Both the position numbers and the translations under genes were made by a program. A stretch of DNA of 44,124 nucleotides from Trichoplax sp. H2 (lineage: Eukaryota): positions 62,001 through 106,124 of the forward strand of contig NOWV01000229.1 in assembly GCA_003344405.1 (NCBI GenBank). The letters run 5' to 3'. The first letter of the stretch is position 1. The number at the start of each line of letters is the position of its first letter. Below, in pieces: positions 37,001-44,124 of the stretch. The notes under the pieces are model-generated. The model did not search any database. It was not told the DNA's origin and was given only the letters and a program-made list of their open reading frames with translations.

Positions 37001-38263
37001 ATGACTTCTGGTGGTGTAACTGTTAAGGACGTCAGTCCTCACGACTTTGTCAAAGCCTTTGCGGCCTACTTGAAAAAGTATGATAATTGAATGTTATAAT
37101 TGAATGGTAGTTACATACCATAGTTGTGGCCTAAAATGGTGTGAATTGAGCAGTTAGTATTCTGCACCAGTTAGTCATCATATTTATATGCGTGTACCGT
37201 TTTTATTGTGAGGTTAAACGCTGTTCAGTAGGCTGTCTCTAGCTCTGTTCGTAGTTTCGCTTGTTAACTCTAGCATAGAGATAAACAGCTTCCAACCCAT
37301 GCCTTAAACTTATAGTTATACGTAAGCATTAATAATACATACTGTAGGTTCGCATTACTAGTGTGTCGATCAATAATCCTTTTTGACTTTACTGTCAACA
37401 TTAATTTGTAATACATCATATTATCAATTTAAATTTTAATAGATCAGGCAAATTAAATGTACCAGATCATGTTGACCTAGCCAAAACTAACATTTCCAAA
37501 GAATTAGCTCCATATGATCCAGATTGGTATTACATCAGGGCTGCCGCTGTAGCTAGAAGAATCTATCTTCAAGGCGGCCAAGGTGTTGGTAGAATTAGAA
37601 GAAAGTACGGAGGTCAGTGTGCGCTACTTCATCTTAATTAAGAAGTGTTATTTGACCAAAGCAATGCATTATGAGATTCTACACGACCCTTTCGAGCCTA
37701 TTTTTCGTTCGGTTTACACAGCAGTATACTGTATTAGCATCCGAAATTAATGAACAATTGTGACATAATGCACTTTGGTGTAATTCGTACAGATTATGAC
37801 TATAGCACATAATAGTAACGTAGTACTTTTACAACTTACAGCTAAGAAACGACGTGGTTCAAGACCCTGTCATTATTCTCCTGGTATTAGTGGAGTTGCT
37901 CGTGCTGTTCTACAATCCCTAGAAGGCATGAAGATTATCCAGAAAGTCGCAGATGCTAGGTAAGATACTCGTACTGTTAACGTAGGCATTTTAGCGCTTT
38001 CTGTCATAATACTGTAATATACAGCATAGCGCAAATAAACCACAAATTGACATTATTTCATTCCTTCCTATTAGTGGTAGATACATTACTTCAGGTGGAC
38101 AAAGAGATTTAGACCGTATTGCTGCTCAGGTTCGCCTTCTATTGCTTTATTCAAAATTAAGAATACTATTATCTTACAATTTTAAGAAATTAAATTTAGG
38201 TATCAAATTGAATTTTGATATTTAAAACTTTTATTTTAGGTAGCACAAAAGAAAAGCTCGTGA
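37001..38263 (+). CDS. RPS19: 40S ribosomal protein S19 (eS19)
   Basis: Exons 37001-37077, 37443-37612, 37842-37959, 38075-38129 and 38240-38263 give [127 protein letters not shown] at 38313. Confidence 0.98.
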
Positions 38264-38699
38264 ACAGTAACGTCTTAACATAATGTGTAATATCAATTTG
38301 TAAAGCATCGGAAATAAACGGGTGTAAATTTGAAAGATTGCTTATCTGTACGTACTATTATTATTGTGCACGGATACTGTTTAGGCCTTGTTGATTGGTT
38401 CGATCTACAAGATACAGTGCCATCCTAATTTTTTATGTAAGACCAGAGGTGTATGGATATGACGCCGATTTGATATGTGGTAAATAGGTTACTTGAAATT
38501 TAGTTTTTGGCCGGTTTATGCCGCAAAGTATAGGTTGCAAAAGAACTTCATAAACTTCTGAATGATGATGTCTGAACTCCCACGATATCACGGGTATACA
38601 GTAATATGCGAACTAATTTTAATGATTATCTACAAACCGCATCCCATGAAATTTTGATATAATTATTACAATCATTTAAATGAAAGTGCAAGTTCAATG

Positions 38700-39700
38700 C
38701 TGTATGCACATAAATGGATGGTCGATGCTGTTACGATGCATGTCGTAAATGTCCTGCACTTTATACTCTCTTATGCACTGCCTTTAAAGTTACTTTGACA
38801 GTGCTATCGTGCAACTCACTTCTCAGTACAAATCCTGCCACATCGAAGTACAGTATTATAAAAAGTACTCGAGTAGGTACTTTTGTCTCTTACCATAGAG
38901 TATCAAGTGGGAAAGAAAATCTTTTCCAGTTCATGATTATACCTATGAGTCTACGACTTAGATCATTATGCAGCTACTAAACTAAGAAGGCGAATGGAGT
39001 TAGCATGATCAATAATATTCGTACAGTATTACCGTATACTGTACAGTATCCTGGCTTGGGAATCTGCTATTTTTTGATATATGAATATAAAGTTTGCTAT
39101 CATGCATTTCCTATTGATTCATCATTATTATTGAAAGGTTAATTTTACGAAATTTCCATAACACACAATATCTTTACAGGTATACCTCAGGGATAGTTTC
39201 ATCGCTTAACGCTCTAGGTTCATAAAAGCTAGCTAACTAAATAAAATTGTGTCATTTTTATTCCTGGAAGTTAACACAGCTTTGTAGTTATTATTAAGGA
39301 TCCGATATCAATTTACAAGTTCACAAATGCCCTTATTATTTTGTACAATGCAATGTACGTACATAATCGATCCCACGATAACAACATCATGTCAGCAACG
39401 TATTCTCTTATTATGCAATCCAGATAAATTCAACAACAATAGAAATAATTAATTTTAATCACCTAAATAAAAATCTTCCAATTGAATTAGGTTTAGTAAA
39501 GTAAATTCAATCCTTTTGAAATGACATTTCGCCGATTGTTGATACTATGTACATTTTCAGAACATCCATATGATATTATAGATTAGAATACCGGTAGTAG
39601 TTTTTTTTATAGCATTCAACACGTTAGTTACATTAAGTTAATATTGTCATTGCATCTAAGTTGAAAATTAGTTACATCTATTACCCTATAATGAAATCTG
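38700..39700 (+). pseudogene. Decayed LRR fragment between the RPS19 and INSIG 3' ends, relic 7
   Basis: HNIFTGIPQG*FHRLTL*VH (39164-39223); TIEIINFNHLNKNLPIELGL (39436-39495); IAFNTLVTLS* (39609-39641); weaker TLTVLSCNSLLS in ORF 38714. Confidence 0.5.
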
Positions 39701-39850
39701 TTCGTATTCTCAGGAAGCACGTTACAGTCGTTACTTCGTGAATGAGGAAGCCAGCCATGTTTATATTATATAATTAAACAGTTCCTCGAATTCCAGCTGC
39801 AAAACATGTTTATGTAAGCAATTTCATTATCCTTAAGATGAATCTTTCTT

Positions 39851-42579
39851 TTAATGTATGGCTTCGTTCGTCTTGTGTAGTAAAATAATACAGTCATAAT
39901 TTAGTACTTCAGACACATTGGGAATTCGTAATAGATTATATAATACACAGTAACAATCTCATCTAACGTCATTTACTGAAACTGATAGACACTTAAGTGG
40001 AACGTTACCTGCGCTAGTTGTCGTCCTAAGCTACCAATAGCAATTGTAGCAGAAAAAAATACTCCAGGTAGCCAAGACCGTATACTAAGAAAATCAGGCT
40101 TGGAAAAGCTATGCAATACAAAGAAGAGGATATAATTAAGATGACTTACAAAGTAAGCGGTATTAAACAACAATTAAACAACATCTCCTAGTAGTGATAC
40201 AGTAAAGGCATTGGACAAGATGACCAATAAAGAAAAATATGGTGTATAGGGTCAGTGAAGAAGCTCAACAACATTATATTCGAAAACCAAGCAATTATTT
40301 ATTGTATTCTTCTTTTAAGCAAAGAAATACTATGACAAAAGAATACCCTTCTATTACACTCGGTGTTATAGACACCGACTTATTCAAGTCATGAATAGAA
40401 CTCACCTAAATATTCCATAGTGGACAATAATTTGAGTTACTGCAGTAGCTGTAAAAGAAACTGCCACCCCAAGAACAAACCCACTTACAGATCTATCGAA
40501 TAACCACCACTGACCAATAGCCATCAAAGAAAGTGATACTGAAAATTTAGCAACTTCTATTTGAATTTCCTGCGAAAACAAGATCCCAAAATGATATAAT
40601 GCATCAGCGTATAAACCAGTTTATGTAACCGCATCAATTTTGAATATATTTAAAATTATGCATCAATCGTTTTAAATTAAATTAACTGTCTGAAATAATA
40701 AATTTAGCATAGTACACCAGCACAGAATCTAGTTTAACCGCGATAAGGTGGCAGCTGAAGTAAATTTCTTACATCATAAAATGTATTATTATTTACTGTT
40801 CTATGGTACCAACAAAAACCACTGTTAGTTAAATACACGTATAGTAATATTAAAGTGTTTAATATATTATCTCGAATAAAATCAGTTGACCCACGTCTGT
40901 ATTTCAAGATTTGATCAACATTGGGTGGATATTGCACCCATCTTTTGAATAGATTACTTAATAGTTATTACTTTAATGAGAAGAGTTATGTACTGTACAT
41001 TGTGCGCGTACAACATTTGAAATGCTAATTTGTGTATTTATGCAGTGATTTCTTGTACGCTATTATCCAAAAGTCGGTATAGATTAGTGTTGAGGACGTA
41101 CATATGACAGTAATTAAACTGTGTTTTACTACTATAAGACACTTGAATCACAATTTATACTTTGTAAGTAATAATTCTTATGTCAATTAAAAATTGCATT
41201 AGTCATTGTCGATGACTCCTAGAATTGCCATTGATTACAACTCTTCGCTCTCGCTAATTAGATAGAATAAATCATATCTGGATCAACATAGTGCCGAATA
41301 TACGCATCTCTAGCTATATGCAGTAAGTACCACGTTTGGCACTTTACTATAATTTAATGTACAATATTTTAAGCACCAATAATGTACATTGTACATCAAC
41401 TACTACTGTAATAACTGTAGCAACTGAAGACTTACTACTTGGTAATAAGATGGTCACTCATGCTGGCGAGTAGCTACAAGAATACATCAATAACTTTGTA
41501 ATAAGTTCATAACGTAAGATGTAGAAAGTGAACAATAAATTAAGGGATCATTGATGAATACAATACTGTACTGTCCACATCATCGACTTGAATGGCGTTA
41601 TACTGTTGATAATTTGCAAGAAATTGATCAAGAAATGATTTGCTGTTGGTGTGAAACTTACAGAGTTATAAGCCAGGGTACTAGCGTATGTTATCCCGAC
41701 AAAGATTCCTAAAATACAAGAAAACGATCAATTAAACCCGCTGATTAGCCACAGGTCAACGTGGAAAGCTGCCTTTTGCATGGATAAGTACCTAATTCTA
41801 GCCAGTTATATTATACTAAATGTGCAATTGCCTGACCATCATTATTGTACTTTAGTCCATGAACGAACGTATGATTAACATTAGGGTATTATGGCTGGTG
41901 ACTGTATAGTAAAAAACGCAGGACAGACATTCCATCATGACAGTCATGCAAGTAGTCTGATTATAATTATAATTATCAACTGAATCTCGGATATATATGA
42001 TCATTTCAGATTCTATACTATCCATTTCTACTGTTAAAGTTTCATTTGATGAAGGTTTTGGTCCAAGGCCTATTATGTTTGATGTAATCCTAGATGTCAA
42101 TCAATTATAGCTACAAATCCGAGAGCTTGAAATATGTACTGCAATAAAGCACCCATTTCCTGATCGAATTTGAGTTTGCGATAATCCTTACAACGAAGAT
42201 CGTACAGTATTTTATAATTCATTAAAACATCATTATTATGACTATAAGTCGCTTGATAAGTTATTGAGTTTAACTTACCTACACATCGCAGTACACCGAC
42301 CCATTCGACTTGATCATGATGATAATCATATTTTCTCTGAAACCATTCGTCCATCTTTGGCAGCGATAGCCCAATTGTTGCTGCACCAGCTCCACACGAG
42401 ATTGGCACCCACCAAGGTATAGAAGAAAGATCAGACAAGACACCGGGCGGAAATAACGCCACATTACGTTCAATTTGAAGTATTAACAGTGCAAGGGAAA
42501 GCAACACACCAACTACAAATACTATTAACGTCCGGAGTAAGAAATGCATCGGGGGAACTAAAGTTCTACAAACGATCAT
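39851..42579 (-). CDS. INSIG: Insulin-induced gene protein (Insig; ER sterol sensor, SCAP/HMGCR partner)
   Basis: Exons 42279-42579 (LQIERNVALFPP..WWVPISCG..EWVGVLRCV), 41662-41708 (GIFVGITYAST..), 40406-40569 (..GQWWLFDRSVSG..) and 40009-40108 (KPDFLSIRSWLPGVFFS..GSLGRQLAQ). The last exon is ambiguous: 39851-39871 (TNEAIH*) or an exon starting at 39796. Confidence 0.95.
41852..42230 (-). pseudogene. Possible LRR fragment inside the first coding-region intron of INSIG, relic 8
   Basis: YRKLKFDQEMGALLQYIFQALGFVAIID followed, after a frameshift, by TSRITS fits LxxLxLxxNxIxxLxxxxFxxLxxLxxLD spacing. Only one or two repeats are recognisable. Confidence 0.3.
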
Positions 42580-43127
42580 GGCAGTAAATATATTATGATA
42601 ATAAAAAATCAAGCTATGTAAGTACAGTATTAGTACATAAAGCTACTAACTAGATGTACTCCAATACTGTACTTTATGATAACGCTATTACAACTAGCAT
42701 ACCGTGCCCCAATGCAAAATGATAATAATGTTAGCTATTACTACTTGTATTCTACGTCTAGAGTGTTAATTTGTAGCCACAGGAAGAGAAGACCACCTTA
42801 CCAATTGCGGTCTCAATTCTGTCAACACCTAATTAAATATTGGAATTTTCAACTACAATTTTACCCTAGAAAAGGCATCAACTACAGACAGTATGGATGA
42901 TGGAGCGATGCATGCTACAGTATTATTGATGTAGGGCTTCCGTCCAGTAACCTGGCATTATGGTATGAACTTTTGGAAAGATTTTTTTCAAAAACATCTT
43001 GCGTCTGTCATGTCTGTTTTCTGTAATGCCACCATATAAAACCTGGCGGTATCATACTGGCTTTACGGTACAGTAGACTATATTATTTAATTAAAAATTA
43101 AATTAAAATTTGAAGTTTAAAAAATGA

Positions 43128-44113
43128 CTTTGCTCCCAACAGCTTCACGGTTTAGTGTACAGTCGATAAGTGATAGTTTCTTGATATAATTTCTTCAACA
43201 ATTTTTACTAAAGTGAACTATAGCTCCTAATAGCTTCACGGTTTAGTATACATAATTAAAGATGAAAAGTATTGAATAATCAACAATAGGATTGTATGGA
43301 GCACTTGTATACAGTCGATAAGTGACGGTCTCTTGATATAATTTCTTCCAGAATTTTATTTACTACAGGTTAACTCTAGCTCCTAACAGCTTCACAGTTT
43401 ATAGTAGTATACAGTCGATAAGTGATGGTCTCTTGATATAATTTCTTCAACAATTTCATTTACTAAAGGTTAACTCAAGCTCCTAACAGCTTCACAGTTT
43501 AGTATACAGTCGATAAGTGATGGTCTCTTGATATAATTTCTTCAACAATTTCATTTACTCAAGGTTAACTCAAGCTCCTAACAGCTTCACAGTTTAGTAT
43601 ACAGTCGATAAGTGATGGTCTCTTGATATAATTTCTTCAACAATTTCATTTACTAAAGGTTAACTCTAGCTCCTAACAGCTTCACAGTTTAGTATACTGT
43701 CGATAAGTGATGGTCTCTAGATATAATTTCTTCAAGACTTTTATTTACTAAAGGTTAACTCTAGCTCCTAACAGTTTCACGGTTTAGTATACAGTACAGT
43801 CGATAAGTGATGGTCTCTTGATATAATTTCTTCAACAATTTTATTTACTAAAAGTGAATTGAGGCTCCTAGCAGCTTCATGGTTTAGTATACATAATGGA
43901 GGATGAAAAGTATTAAACAATCAAAAATAGGATTGTATGGAGCACTGGTATACAGTCGATAAGTGACGGTCTCTTGATATAATTTCTTCAACAATTTCAT
44001 TTACTAAAGGTTAACTCAAGCTCCAAACAGCTTCACAGTTTAGTATACAGTCGATAAGTGATGGTCTCTTGATATAATTTCCTCAAGAATTTTATTTGCT
44101 GTAAGTGAACTTT
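43128..44113. repeat. Young tandem array, 95-bp unit (at least 9 copies) with a higher-order structure of about 640 bp
   Basis: C(A/T)GTCGATAAGTGA at 43160, 43312, 43412, 43507, 43602, 43697, 43797, 43953 and 44048. A roughly 60-bp insert (CATAAT..GATGAAAAGTATT..GGATTGTATGGAGCAC) occurs at about 43251 and 43892. Confidence 0.97.
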
Positions 44114-44124
44114 CGCCGTTTCAA

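Noticed and set aside
41672..41681. GTACCCTG as a degenerate U12 donor in INSIG
   Set aside because: It falls inside Ser-Thr codons that align with human ASA and has the wrong phase.
43128..44113. CRISPR-like regular repeats
   Set aside because: Eukaryotic context, no unique spacers and no cas genes; it is a plain tandem array.

Overview
AT-rich, intron-rich animal genomic DNA. The small introns, abundant GPCRs and gene content resemble an early-branching metazoan such as a placozoan; that assignment is inference only. Intact genes, left to right: 3' exons of a PIF/Harbinger (HARBI1-like) DDE transposase (+) facing a BESS-motif exon (-); an intronless class A peptide-receptor-like GPCR (-); a roughly 20-exon adhesion GPCR with C-type lectin, Ser/Thr stalk, GAIN/GPS and 7TM (-); exportin-2/CSE1L (-); RPS19 (+), divergent from CSE1L; and INSIG (-). 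Three tandem arrays (about 150, 83 and 95 bp units) and a 201-bp palindromic MITE are also present. Two patterns stand out. (1) Much of the apparently empty intergenic and intronic DNA translates, through stops and frameshifts, into decayed leucine-rich-repeat (LRR) or LRR-GPCR genes: up to eight relics on both strands, one apparently split by the intact GPCR. (2) The CSE1L-RPS19 intergenic region holds a 1.1-kb array of TA-CAG-TA / TA-CTG-TA units in mixed orientation, matching Tc1/mariner excision footprints. All gene models and relic translations were read by hand and need HMM or RNA-seq confirmation.
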